Shown here in pieces: positions 12,222 to 25,180 of a stretch of DNA of 64,000 bases. The translations under genes and the position numbers were made by a program. The DNA lies in the NCBI GenBank assembly GCA_012026655.1, contig JAAILG010000156.1, forward strand, positions 1 to 64,000. The letters are read 5' to 3'. Every line of letters starts with the position of its first letter. Position 1 is the first letter of the stretch. This DNA is from Hydrolagus affinis. Its lineage: Eukaryota. The notes beneath the pieces were generated by a model that saw only the letters and a list, made by a program, of their open reading frames with translations, searched no databases and was not told the origin of the DNA.

Positions 12222-12990
12222 TTTTTCCTTTCTGCATGGATGCTGTTTGACCTGCTGAGTTTCCCCAGCAACTTTTGTTTTTGTTTTAGCTGCTCCTATC
12301 AGTCTGATTTAGTTCCAATGATGACAAAAGATATCTTAGAAAATTGATGGATGGTCATGGAGGTAGAAGAAACGAGAGTCGCAAGTTCTGGAACAATGTA
12401 CAATGCACTTTCACTTCTGATGTAGGCAAAGGGTTGACCTAATTACTGAAACACCTTCTGCAGTACCTATTCAGGCCGTGGCCACCTCCTTTATCGTAAC
12501 CCTACTGCTGCTGTGTTCTGAAGGAATTTGACCTGTTTTCATTGCAGAGTTGGATTAGATTTTGGAAGCGTAATGAGAATGCTTCAAACTCCCACTTTGT
12601 GCATGGCTGTGACTATAGATGAATTGCAAATACTGCAGTGTAATAATGAGCTGGATATCAGAAGGACACTCACATTTAAGGAAGGGAGGAATAGTTTACC
12701 CAGACTAATTGTGCATTACTCAGCAAGTATTTACTCCTCCATTCCACTTTCGCGTGTCTCAAGGGCACTGTCAGGGGATCAGGCTCAAAATGCAGGGTGA
12801 ACACGGACATTTCAAGGTACAGACAGACTGAAGTTTTTTTTAAAATATTGCACAAATGTGAAGCCCCACATTTTTACCATTAAAGTGGATTTACAATGTT
12901 ACATTACACAACATGGAGACAGTGAACCTGTGTTATCAGCAACTATACCGTTGCTAATGCAGGTGTCATGCAAGAATGCTTTAATCTTTA

Positions 12991-13318
12991 TAATAAAATA
13001 ATAATAATCCTTGAATTTGATATAGCACTTTTCACATCTTATCGACGTCTCAAAGCGCTTCAAAGAATATACTGGAAAGTGAATTGACTGTATATTTGTG
13101 GGCAAAACGCGGCAGCCAATTGTGCACAGTAGTGTCCCACAAACAGTCATGGATTGAAAATGACCAATTTTTATTATTGCATTTTTGGGGGTACAAATTA
13201 TTATTAGGCGTGTGGAGTAAGGAAACTTGCTCAAGGTTTCATCCTGATCTGCCTGGATTCGAACATAGGTCTCACGCTTGTAAGACGAGTGCTCTAACCA
13301 CTGAGCTACAGGAGCTCC
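12991..13318 (-). mobile_element. Full-length tRNA-derived SINE
   Basis: Head ggagctcctgtagctcagtggttagagcactcg...gttcgaatcc with intact A and B boxes; family body and tail. Confidence 0.92.
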
Positions 13319-13439
13319 ACAAATGTTGTGCCTGGCTGTTCCATGGCTGTTAGTAAATATTTTGCGCTTCATAATAGCAAGCCATGAAGAAAAGAAGGTC
13401 TTTGTTAAAAATGCATGGTGTTTATTGGGACAATCGTTC

Positions 13440-13675
13440 AGGTGCAGCAAGTGGCCTCAGTGTCCCATAAGTTCTAGAGAAAGAAAATTATCCACAGCTC
13501 CCACTCGTCTTTGCTATTCAATGTTGGGCGAGAAAAGGGTAGCGTTTATAATGTCCCCCATGGTACAATACCCTGTTCACTTGAACCTATAGACAACTCA
13601 TGTTGTCTTTCGGTTCAAGTGAAGAATGGACACTTGACAAAGTAATATAGGGCAGCTGGTGTTTGTGCAACTAAG
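13440..13675 (+). mobile_element. Ancient SINE relic (AmnSINE2-like by recall)
   Basis: tggcctcagtgtccc...gaaaattatcca...ctcatgttgtct...gtgaagaatggacacttg; related motif tgacgagtggtcacttgg at 29181. Confidence 0.45.
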
Positions 13676-14456
13676 AGTTAAGTTCTTCCTGTAACCACAT
13701 GATGCAGAAGTAATCTGAAGTTTTCACACCAGACTGGTATTCAGTGGTGTAATTGCACATATTTTACTATGACTTGTACACATATGGAACTCAGAGGGTC
13801 CGTGATTTTCCAGGGTGAGAATTAACTGAACGTGTTCAGCTCTGTTCGGGTTTTTAGCAAATTCTCACTGTTCGATTCCAAGTAAACAGACACAGATAGG
13901 AGAGACTGTGAAATTAAAATGGACCCTCTGTTCTACAAGGATAAGCAGATATGAAGAAACTCATCTCCATTTTAAAGAAAATCTACAACACTTTCTGTCC
14001 CGGGCATCATCTTCTGTACTAAGTTTTCTTTCATACATTCCCCCCAAAACTAATCAATTGGCATGAATCCAGCGTGAAAAATAAATTTCAAGGCAAACAC
14101 ATTGATCTTCCTGTGCTTCACCCCCGCAAATGTCAGTTAACTTAATTTGCTCAGCTCGTTTTGGACTGCTCATACAACTTAAATCACTTTAAATTAAGGC
14201 TTTGTTTTCCAAACATGCCAGAAATGGCAGCAAATATATTAGGACTGAGTAATCTCTGTGATATTTATGACCAGAGACGATAGTTGAGCAGACAGCAATA
14301 GATTATGGAAATGCTTCTCTGCGTTCAAGACGAATTCTAAAATAAATTAATAATAATGCAAAAACCAGACCCGCCTTCCGCGCAAGTTATAAAATTGATC
14401 AACTTTGGCAGCAAACATTGTGAAATATTTGGGTATTAAGGGATACCCTGCAATCA

Positions 14457-14590
14457 GGGTGTTAAGGGATAATGGGAGAAAGTGGGAAATTGTTATTGAA
14501 AAAATTAGTTGAGGTACAGATTAGCCATGATCTAATTAAATGGCACAACAGGCTCAAAGGGTGAATGGCCTACCCCTGGTTCCTATGTCT
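14457..14590 (+). mobile_element. CR1 LINE 3' end
   Basis: agttgaggtacagattagccatgatcta...acaggctcaaagggtgaatggcctacccctggttcctatgt, a typical CR1 3'UTR and terminus. Confidence 0.8.
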
Positions 14591-15231
14591 AATTTATATT
14601 GCTTTGAAAGGTTGAACACGTCTCGTTTCCTTCAAAAATTCACTTTTGTCAATACTGGGGGAGCTCAGTGCAACAACATGATTCATTTAGTATGACTTAT
14701 GCAAAGTATGAGTTATTTCAAACATGCATAGAATACAAACTGTTGAACAGGACTTGGGCAAACCTATGATTTAGGTGATTATTTGATTTACAGATCAGAC
14801 GTATGTGAGTTTTGCTGTATATTTTAAACGGCTATCATTACTTTTTGACTGAATAAGCAAGAAAGTCCTGGCATCAGCAGTGTGACCAACGAATTTACTG
14901 CAGGTTTTATATTTTCCTGCCCAAGTTCATTTTGTTTGACAATGTTCATATAATTTGCAAATTGCTGTTTATTGCCAGGCAGGAGAATGAAGGGATTCAT
15001 AAACGTCAAACCATAAACTCTGGGATATAGACCAAAGCAGATTTATAGTTTAAATTGATTAATTATTTTTGAGATCTGAGAGAAAGAGGGGAAGGTTTTT
15101 CCACATAGGAAAAATTGATTTATTGCATGAAATTTGTAATTGTATTTGGAGAAAGGATGGTTTTAAAAGCTCAAAAAAAAGATTAAATACTTAAGAGCCT
15201 CTCCACAATTGACAGTTGGAACTTCAACCTT

Positions 15232-15410
15232 TCTGCCCACCACCCTCTGAACTCCTTCAAGCACCATTTCAAGACCTTCCTCTTTGACTGTGCGTTCGGT
15301 CATCTTCCCACCTCCTCCCCACTTTGCCCTCCATTAATTCAGGTGTAATCCCTCCACTATCCAGCACCTTGAGACATCCTCCCAATGTGAAAGGCGCTAT
15401 ATAAACACAA
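15232..15410 (+). mobile_element. L2 3' end
   Basis: ttcaagcaccatttcaagaccttcctctttgac (FKHHFKTFLFD), then tail gtgaaaggcgctatataaa. Confidence 0.8.
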
Positions 15411-16675
15411 TTCCTCGTACTTCAATTCAATGTAAGTTATGTTTGTATAAAGTTGTACTTATTGGCGTGACTTTGGCAGTGATTTTGCAAATTATCATAG
15501 AGTTGTGAAAAGAAAACACCTCAGGCCACAAAACTAAACCAATGCTGAAACCAGTCACTCCAAGTACAGTTTGGTTATAATATAACGATTATGAAGAGCG
15601 AGACTAAGCAAAACTATTCCATTGAGACTCTTCAAAATTCATACAGCATTACTTCCATACTAATTCGATTATCCAAGTTTGTAAAGATGTAACTTTTCAG
15701 GCAAAACCGAACTGCTACAAATCTAACAATTCGATTGAGAAAAACAGTGTTGGATTTGATCTGTTTCTGAAGTTGTGGAAGAACAAATGTAGGCTGACTG
15801 ATACCTCTTCATTGAAGGAACTTGTACCCCTGTTGCATTTTTCAGCAACACATTTCATTCTTCATTGCTCTAATTTATAAAATAAAATGTACATCACAAA
15901 GTGTTGCTCCAAAAGCACCATGGCATTAGTACAGCAGGGTCTGGCTTTTAAAATAATTAAAGTTACTGGGAATCCAAAGAGGGCACACGATTCCTTTAAA
16001 GAACTGTTTGTATTTCGACTGTTTGGTTTGGTGTCAACACAGGTGAAAGTTGAGTTGGGTTTTGTGCCCACATATAGCCTTTCCAAAGTGATAAGCATCA
16101 CTAAATCACATTACCACAACACTAAATCAGTCAGGATCTCAACTTTCTAGCAGAGTGCAAGGTCTCCTCTTGTATCTTCAAAGCTAGCCTCTTCTCTGGA
16201 GCTTTACGCTGCACTTATCCAGTTCATTTACACTGTGTTATGATCGTAGCTTTCGTGGATATTTGGACAAAATATTTAAAAACAAACCAATTATGCAGGG
16301 AAATTGTTTTAATTTATTTTGTTAAATATTCATTTAATTGAGACTTGTGAGCCTCATTAACTCCCAGATGGCATTCTGCAGTGGAATCTACATTGTCAGC
16401 GTGGCAAGCTTTACTTACATCTCAATAAAAGATGCACATATCCTGCCCATTCTAGATTATTCCTGTATCAAAGTCAATGCTGAGATCAACTACTGGGGAA
16501 CATGTCCAATCGTAAACCGAACATACCTTAGTTTGAATTGAATTCAATTCCAAAGTAGTTCTACTTTATTTAATGCTTTAGAAGTGTTAATTCCTGCCAT
16601 TACTTTTGCTTGATTGGTGCTGATTTTTATGACAAATAAAGGAAGTATCCACAACAAGAAACCATAGACTTAAAG

Positions 16676-17031
16676 ACCGTTCTGCGCAGAATCTGCACCC
16701 CCTACCTCTCCGACCTCCTCTCTCCTCAAACCAGCTCCCGTTGCTTTCGCTCCACCGGGTCTGGCCTCCTCCCTGTCCCCCATCCTCCGCTCCACCATCG
16801 GCGGCCGTGCTTTCAGCCACTACGCCCCGAGGCTCTGGAACTCCCTTCCTCACTCCCTTCACCTCGCCCTCTCTCTTCCCAGTTTCAAGTCTCAACTAAA
16901 GACCTTTCTCTTCGACCGCGCCTTTGGTCACCTTTCTACCCCTGCTCCTGGCTCGGTCCCACGATGCGTTATTGTGAAACGCTCTGAGATGCCGTCCGGC
17001 GTGGAGGGCGTTATATAAATCGAAGTTGTTT
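16676..17031 (+). mobile_element. L2 3' end, CpG-retaining and probably relatively young
   Basis: PYLSDLL...STIGGRAFSHYAPRLWNSLP...LKTFLFDRAFG, then tail gctctgagatgccgtccggcgtggagggcgttatataaatcgaagttgtt. Confidence 0.9.
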
Positions 17032-20000
17032 TTGAAATCAAATGCATTGTTAATACTATTCATCTGGAGGATAGTCTGTCTGCATGTGATAAACATTTCT
17101 TTGGGTTTTATTTGGGGATTGAAAAACAGCTTAGTTGCTAAATTTAGAGAGAGTTTTTATTCACTTTTAAAACATTTCCTTTCGCTGTTGAATTTGTTTG
17201 TTTCTTATTTCCTACCATCATGGTGCCTTGCCCAGTGTCTTGCCCAAATAATTATCACTAATGAGTGAATCTTAACAGTCAGAATGACTTCAAGTTACTA
17301 TATTCAATGAACAGTGATTAGAAGCATAATCCTTTGCTACATTGGACAAGAGGCTTCAGCCCAATCCTCCCCCAATTTGGTTTGTGTTAATACATTGTCC
17401 CAGAATCCCAATCTAACAAAAACATCAGTCCCAGGAGCACAAACAGTGCAACATTTACAATATTTGGTCATGTGACTTTCCAAACTTAAACCCAATTGTG
17501 TCTCATGTTCATTGGGAACATGCCAGTAAATTGGAATTGGATAATCACAATTCAATAGGTACCAAGAATGGCTGGGAGAGATAAGCATTGATACTATCTC
17601 ACATTAAGCTGGTTTGGATTCAAATCCAGTTACCAGAAGTGTGATAGTTAGACAGTAATGCTTGATGTTTCAAGTCTGGGAATCGATCTTGGATATATTT
17701 CTGATCAGGAGGGTTTAAGACTGTTTTTTCTTGATCCACACCAATTTGAACCATATACTGTACTCCTGCTTCACTTCTTTCAAGTGTGTTGCTGTTACTT
17801 GGATTAAGATTTCAACAACATTTTGTTTGCTGGAGGTGATGGGGTGGGAGGGGAGTGAATATAGACTGGCTAGCTGACAGCAAAGGAGAGGAGTCAACTA
17901 TTGGCTGTGAGGTGGAATGGGGAATTTTAACCCTGGGATGGACTGAATGGGCTCTCCAGCCTTTTTCTTTTCTATGTATGTATTTCTCAACACTCCAAAG
18001 AACTAAACATAATGCAAATCAAGTTTCAACACAGGCAACTAAACTTTACATTCAAAAGGCATGTAATAAGATGATCACAGGAAACTGCATGAAACAAAAG
18101 ACAAGGTAATACATGACTGAACACCTCTCAGGACCTTGTGTAGACAAGTACAATCTGTTAGTAACTTGGATGATCTGGACCATTTACTTTGAGATGTGAG
18201 CACCATAGAGAACTATAATTGAAAATGGTAATGTAGTGGACTGAAACATGATGCGTATGGTGAAGGAAGGTTTCCAAAGTTTGTCATGAAAAATAGCAAA
18301 TAACTCATATTAAAATGATTTTGTGGTAAGCTACAGGAGCTTGACTGCAGCCGTTTTCCTTAAGATGGACCATATGGAAGATCCCGATACCAATTCAAAA
18401 CGTACAACATCATAATGGTGTAAGAGCACGAGGACAGAGTGGGAAAATGGGATGAAAACAGTTAGCTCCAGAGGACGAGCTAGCCCAAGTTTAGACTTTA
18501 ATGAGTTGAATTTCCTCCATTTTGGGCATTAATCGTCTCGCATTCTTTTCTTAATATACAAAAAAAAATGGTTACTTGAACTTTTTGTCTAATCAGGAGC
18601 AAGTCAGACAGCTGCAAAATCTCATCAATGATTACAAGAGGTATGGTAGAGGATAAAGATGGGATGGAAAGGAGATAAATTCAATGCTTTTTATTTGAAT
18701 ATAATTTTTTTTAGTGAAATAAAAACTGCAAAGAAATTGTACTTGGCTACAGGCCAGTCCTTGTGCATATGTTACCAGTTACTACTAACCACAAAGTTTA
18801 CAGCTGAACAAAGAATGTTTCAGAAAACAGTGAATGCAACTTGATCTGCTTCCTTTTTCTAACCATCTAATAAAGCCAGAGATGTCAACATTCGCCAGGA
18901 ATTTTGTACGGTGTCGATGCATCTGCCGAGCACCTGGGGAACCAAACCCAAATATAATGAGAAAAACAAAAAGTTCAGGAGAGGAAAATATTGAGATGAA
19001 AACTTTGTCCACATTTGTAATTATAGGTAGATTTAAAAAAATCAAAATCGCACTTACTCTATAAATCAAATATTCTGTGATTATTCTATTCTATTTGTGT
19101 CCTTTATATTTACATATATGTTCTGTATCTTTATAGAGTAGCGATGTGCGTCTTTTATAGACTGGACACTGAATGACCATGAAAGTCAAATTGAAGTATT
19201 CTGTTCCTTGCCTTAATCCCTGGACTGGATGGATTGCCTGCAGCGTTTAGTATCACATACATGTTAGTGAATGCATGAGCAATTTTTAAATGAAAATATC
19301 ATTTCAGCAGAGATAGCTTTGCTGCTCATTAAGGATGACTAATTAATTGCATGAAATGTTATTGTCAGATAGGGCCTCAAAGAATAAATCAAATCTGTGA
19401 TGCATAACCTCAAAAGGGAAGTGGGTTAGGTTTAAAGCTGAATTATCTAAAATGTCATTACCTCCTTCACACCCTGTATTGAATACATTTACACATTTAT
19501 ATTTGTGCACAGTTGCACACTGCTTTTCTGTGCACATACCTGTATGTATTAAGTGCAAATCAATCACAAATGCAATCCATCACACATTCAGGCGGTACAT
19601 TGACAGACATATTATACCTTCAAATACTTTCATATGTCCATCAACATGCTCTTTGCTTCTCTTAATCCCTGCCATCAATCTGCAACAAGTTTCCAATGAC
19701 CTTTTCACAATGGTACAAGGACAGTTCAGATCTGCACTTCAGCACATTTGTTTTAACTGTAATTTCCAGTATAAAATTGATTGCTCCCGGCACCTGAAAC
19801 CCGCGATCCTCTGAATCACTGGGATTAGTGTCTGAGGTCATTTATCAATGCCTGAGCATTGCTCCAAATCACAGCGACATTTTTCACGCTTAAAACAAAC
19901 AGTTCATCTGTCACCCTGGCTGCGCAGATATCTTAGTTGAAGGTCTGGAAAAATGACAACTTGAGGAAATTCATCATTGTCTTCACAGCTAAGGATAAAA

Positions 20001-20204
20001 AGAATGTGCGCACAGCAGGACTGCTTAGCAACTGCTTGCCAATAGCTGCTTCCAATCCTCAGAATCAACACAACACAAGGTGCTGTGAGATATTCTTCCT
20101 GCTGCTAAATACAGCAATTTAGCAAATCCCAGTCTACTTACCAGCAAGAGAATTTTACAATTTACAGCCAACACTGTACAGTATATAGTGGCAATACATT
20201 TCTG

Positions 20205-20430
20205 TCCGCAGCATTTATTTTTGGCGCAAGGCGTACAGCTCAGGAGATACTGGTGAATCTGCCCCTAGGCCTGACATACTCATACTTTGCTCCTTGGTGT
20301 ATGCCGAGGGGCACTGGAATAGAAGCAAAGTGGTTTCTGCTGACTTGCTGGAAACCTTCTGCGAGGAGTGGGCATCGCAGGATAACTGGGACATCATGAT
20401 TTGCAATTCGGGTTTGTTTGGTATTTTAGG
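20205..20430 (+). mobile_element. Possible Tx1/L1-clade LINE ORF2 C-terminal fossil
   Basis: Plus frame from 20210: SIYFWRKAYSSG...PDILILCSLVYAEGHWNRSKVVSADLLETFCEEWASQ, resembling recalled fish Tx1 ORF2 ends (AVSTGTLEAFRERWAPQ). Confidence 0.45.
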
Positions 20431-23400
20431 CTGCCTGTTCCATACATTTTAGTAGTTATGCTTTCAGATAATCAGATTGAATTGGACATTATGTGAGCCT
20501 AGCAATTAGCAAAATATTATCCTTAGTTTATTTACAGTAACGTTAGACCCGGAGCAAGGCAAATGGTGTACTGTGAAAAGAAACTACAGCAAAAACACAA
20601 AGAGGCACATGGATGCCAATTAATGCTTTTCTTTCCATTCCCAATTTTCCCAAACATTTGCAGATATATACTGGATTTATATACAGAATACATGCGTGTC
20701 TGCATATGTATAGAACATATGTACAGATTCCACCTGTCATTAGATTATAATTTATCACAGAGCACCTTTTGTTCTATTAGTCATATTACTGTATTGTACT
20801 TCAAGTCATCACACATCTTGACATTGGTCTGCTGCTGTTAGTCATTAGTTTCTGGTTGGTAAAGATAGTCAGTCAGTGTACAAAGCATTGTTTGCAATTG
20901 AAGCCTCTGCAGTCAATTTTCTATTTTGCTTTTGCACAACAACTTACAGCAACTCTCTTTAGTCGTTAAAAGGGGACGTTAAAACCACCATGTTACACAT
21001 CTCTTTTCTATTTTTCATGTTGAATTCATAGTAAGACCTGCTTTAGCTATATGTTTGACAGGAGAGGCAGAGGACTGATGAACTGACAAAACATGATGCT
21101 ACTGTGATCGTAAGGGTGGCTAGATAGTAAATGCTTTCCATATATTTTCATTTTTGTCTCTCTTGTCTCTACCTATAAATAGGTTATAGCCAGAGGGTGA
21201 TGTATGAATCTCAATTGCTATGTGTACACCTTTGTTGGATAAAAGATACTACAGATTTGAGAGATAATGGATTTGGGAGATGTTGGAACTGTTTTTTGAG
21301 CTGGTGCCAAGGAGCTGCTAAACATTTGACTATTACAGTACTCCACATTAGGTAATTGTACAAGTTTTACTCAGTGCCAATTCTTACAATAACATAGTCA
21401 CAACTTGGCAGCCATTACTTCTGAAGCACTTTAAGTTGACTTTGACATTATCAACCCAATATCAAATGCACATCTGGACATAAACTACAACGCAAGGATT
21501 ATTATCCAAATGGTGTAAGAAATGCATTGCTATGCGGCTTCACTCCCACTGGGATAGATGCAGAACAAAGAAACAAAGCAAAGAAAACATTATATTTTGC
21601 AAACAAAAATAATATAATGGAGACTGGCATGCCTCATCAAACTAGAGCTGCTACCTCCACAATGTATTGACTCAAATGGGCTGTTGTCATGAAAATTGTT
21701 AGTTTGGAGATGCTTGGTTACATCCCGTTTCAGGCTATAGTACAATATCTATTCTGGTTTTTGGACCCTGTAATGTTCCCATTTCAAATCTATACAACTT
21801 ATTAATGCAACAATAGCACAAAGCCTCACTTGTTCATATTTTTCTTGAAGATGAATAGCTTTCTTCATGTCTCTTCTATTTGTATGCATGTCATCTGTTT
21901 CTGGTAATAGATGTTTTCACAAAAAGTGAAATATGAAACTCGATAAAGTATCAACATCTCCCGGGAGCTCCTTTGCACCAATGAATATGGATGTCTTTGA
22001 GTCCCAGTCTGTTCCACATCAGGTATCAAATATAAACTTACTGCTGAGATTATCACCTACCGACTACTAGACCAGTTGTAATTACTCACTAAGAGATTTT
22101 CTATCCCTGCATGTAAATGTATTCTCTGATTCATTCTTAGACTTGAAAGTGCCCAATGTCACTCAAACCTCACCTTTAGAACAAATTCCACTAAGTCCTT
22201 TTTGTTCTGAGTTTAATTAACAATTGGAAGTTGTTATGAATAAGGCTGGTTGAGACAAAGGTATTGGGAAAGGATTAGATCAAATTGATTTAAACCTTCC
22301 ATCACCAGCAGCAGCCTAAAATCTCTTATAATATCATTGATAAACAAGGAGTGTTTCTCTGGGCAGGAATCCAATGTCACCTGGATGCATTTGATCAAGT
22401 GAAGTAGCAAACGTCAGGATCATAACCTCACAAACCCTTTCAGAATTTTCTTTAATCAAATGAAAAATCTAAAAATCATCCATCCTTTCATGAGATTTCA
22501 GAAAAGAATTCAAACCGTGTGCAGAATAAGGTGGTGGCATTACATTTTTCTTGAATCAAGCTGCAAATCCTCAGTTTCAAGCTATGATATGATTATGTGT
22601 CCATTGCTGCTGCTAAACTATAATTTAACAAAAACACTTCAAATGGGAGATTTAATGGCCTGAGTCGAAGTAAAGAAGAATTTCAAGTGATGGTGAGAAG
22701 CACGTTGAAAGATATAAAGTATATTTAAAAAAATCATAATTGCTACAGGCTCTGAGGATATGAGGCATTACTTGATATCTTCGACCACTGAAAATATGTT
22801 ATCCTTGTTGTCTTGGCGCATCCTAAAGCAGTGATCTGGATTCACATTTTGAATCCCATTTAATTTGCGGTGCACCTCTAGAAGGTCCCTCTGAGACACT
22901 GTCTCTCAAGACTGAACAAGATTGAACAAACTTGGCTAATGGTTGCAGGTCTGAAGATTCAAACTGATACACATCATCAGAGGTGTGATACAAATACATC
23001 GGCGCAATTATTCAGGCTAGCCATGACTGGCAGGTGATTCTGGCAAAAATAAATTGAAGTTTGGAGTAGCATCTGGAATCAGGCACTTTTTAATAGATTA
23101 TTAATATTGAGTGCCAAATTAGAACAGTCCTGTCAGTCAGTAAACCAGCAGTGTCACTACCAATATTTTACACTCCTATCAAACGAATACAGCCAAAAAG
23201 CCTGTTGAACTCCAGACACAGTTATGGGAAGCCATTTGTGTTAGCAATGAAACTGTCAGGCAGTGGTGAGACAAATGCCATTTATATAATGCTTTTTGAT
23301 TTGGTTACCAAGGTTTCTCCTGGAATTTTTAAAAAGGCATTCAGTTTCCACAGGTAAGCTTTGACCACAATTGAACACTCTCAATGCGGTCTCTTCCACA

Positions 23401-24009
23401 TTGCAATCGGATTCGGAAACCCTTTGTGATGTCAGCTCCCTTTGTGATACTAAATTATAAATCAGCAACAATTCTCATTGCTTCTGAACAATGAGCTCAG
23501 TTAATTAAATGCATTGAGCAGAGAACATTTATTTTAAAAAGAAATCACAGCTTCGAAAAAAATTGGACCATTTCGTAGGCAGAGTGTTCACCACAAGAGA
23601 AGAGCACATCCAATCACTACAGCTGTGATCTTGCAGTGCGACCTACATAACCATTGCAATACAGTTTGTGTTGTAATTGGGAAGCGAGAGGAATGTACAA
23701 AATATGACATGGATTTGGTGTGTTTGTTGGGATAAAGTACTACTGTACATTGATATTTCAATCTAGGCTATGAAAGTAAGTCCTGCTGTAGGATTTGAAG
23801 CAATCATAATCTGACCTGGAGGCAAAAGTGCTACAAACGGACACAATGTACATTTAAAATCCAGAATTGGTAGTTCAATCTGGACTTGCACTTCTGACAA
23901 AGAAAGGGTCTTTTCATATATACAGACATCATCATGTGCATAAGTTTCTTTTGTTGTTTTCCTCATCTAATGCATGCATCCACAATGTTTTGGGAAGTGT
24001 CTCAAACTA

Positions 24010-24262
24010 TTAATAATACTAATCCTGGCATTTTAAATAGTGCTGTTCACATATTCAAGACGTCTCAAAGCGTACATTCTCAAAGAATATATTGTAAAGT
24101 GAATTGACTGTATATTTGTGGTTGAAACGCAGCAGCCAATTGGCAACAGCAAACACAAATAGTCCCACAAACAGCCGTGGATTGGAAAATGATCAATTTA
24201 ATTTTCTTTTGAGGGATTGTTATTAGGTGTGTGGAGTAAGGAAACTTGCCCCAAATTTCACA
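24010..24262 (-). mobile_element. SINE lacking the tRNA head
   Basis: Family tail and body through gtggagtaaggaaacttgccc. Confidence 0.88.
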
Positions 24263-25104
24263 AAACTGAAGCAACAGTAGACCATCTGGCCTATGGAGGT
24301 CACTGCATTATTTTGGTATGCGGATAAACCTCACTGTTCCTTCAAGGTACAATCTCAATGAAAGTGGTTGGGAACCACATAAAGCTTTGCTGAGTGTTTT
24401 CAGGTGGGCTTACTTCCAGAACCTCGATCGAAATGTCAATGTGGGATTTTGCTGATTGCACCACAGAAACAAACACATCAAATCCACATCATATTCTGTG
24501 CATTTCTCTCTATTCCTAAATACACACCAAAGGTATTGCTTTTAAGTTTGCATTGGCGTCTGGTTAGAAAGCAAACAAGTGTTTGCTGGTGAGTGAGTGA
24601 CAATGGAATCAGCAGCAAATAGTGGTCAGTAAGCTGTTAGCCAAAGGAGCACTCTCCTAATTGCGGAGGATTTGTGCTGGAACGATTACCATCAAGAAAA
24701 ATAGTTCAGAGTATGGACCTGGTGGGTCACAAATAACAAAATTCTAACTAGACAAGCTTATTAGTTGGCGGTAGGTGCCATGCTCTCCCCCTGGTTAGAT
24801 AGCCCAATCTCCTCGCTGAAGACAAACATTGATATTGCTTCTCTATGACCTTGGAGTGTGCTGTGAGCAATTATACAGAAACCTGCTTCATATTTTCTAC
24901 AGGATTCTTTGCTATTCATTTCAGTGTGAAAATGCTTGTCCTCTTGATGTGAAAAATGCTAAATAAATGTAACTCGCATGGCATTATATTGTATAATGTT
25001 TGGGGTTTAACAGGATTAGTTACAGTATGTTTGTGGTTGTATTTTTTTTGACAATACAGTAATGAGCACAAAAAATCCTAACTATACATTTCTATGAATC
25101 TTAT

Positions 25105-25180
25105 CTTGCAGTTGAGATATCTCCAAAGTGCTTCGCAGGATTTACTATAAAGTGCAGTGACTGCAGTTTTTAGGTGATTA
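25105..25180 (-). mobile_element. SINE tail fragment
   Basis: tctccaaagtgcttcgcaggatttactataagtgcagtgactg. Confidence 0.55.

Larger units (their letters stand above)
12042..12286. mobile_element. Palindromic Penelope-like element (PLE) derivative with 16-bp TSD
   Basis: Arms 12073-12171 and 12188-12286 are inverted copies (~90% identical by eye). The exact direct repeat tagctgctcctatcag lies at 12026-12041 and 12287-12302. Arm sequence matches the single terminus at 25640-25775. Confidence 0.85.

Noticed and set aside
13245-13318. tRNA-like sequences with A and B boxes (also ~11940-12012, 29580-29653, 36873-36945)
   Set aside because: SINE heads: they continue into SINE body, stems are imperfect and the anticodon position varies among copies.
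12899-13450. Longest ORF in the track (183 aa)
   Set aside because: Reads through a SINE; similar peptides appear at other SINE copies (11748, 43808). Not a gene.
17690-18530. Possible very degraded CR1 remnants
   Set aside because: Similarity too weak to set boundaries by eye.
23258-23359. Plus-strand donor CAG|gtaagc at 23353 with open frame upstream
   Set aside because: No convincing acceptor or recognisable peptide; isolated donor-like sites are common by chance.
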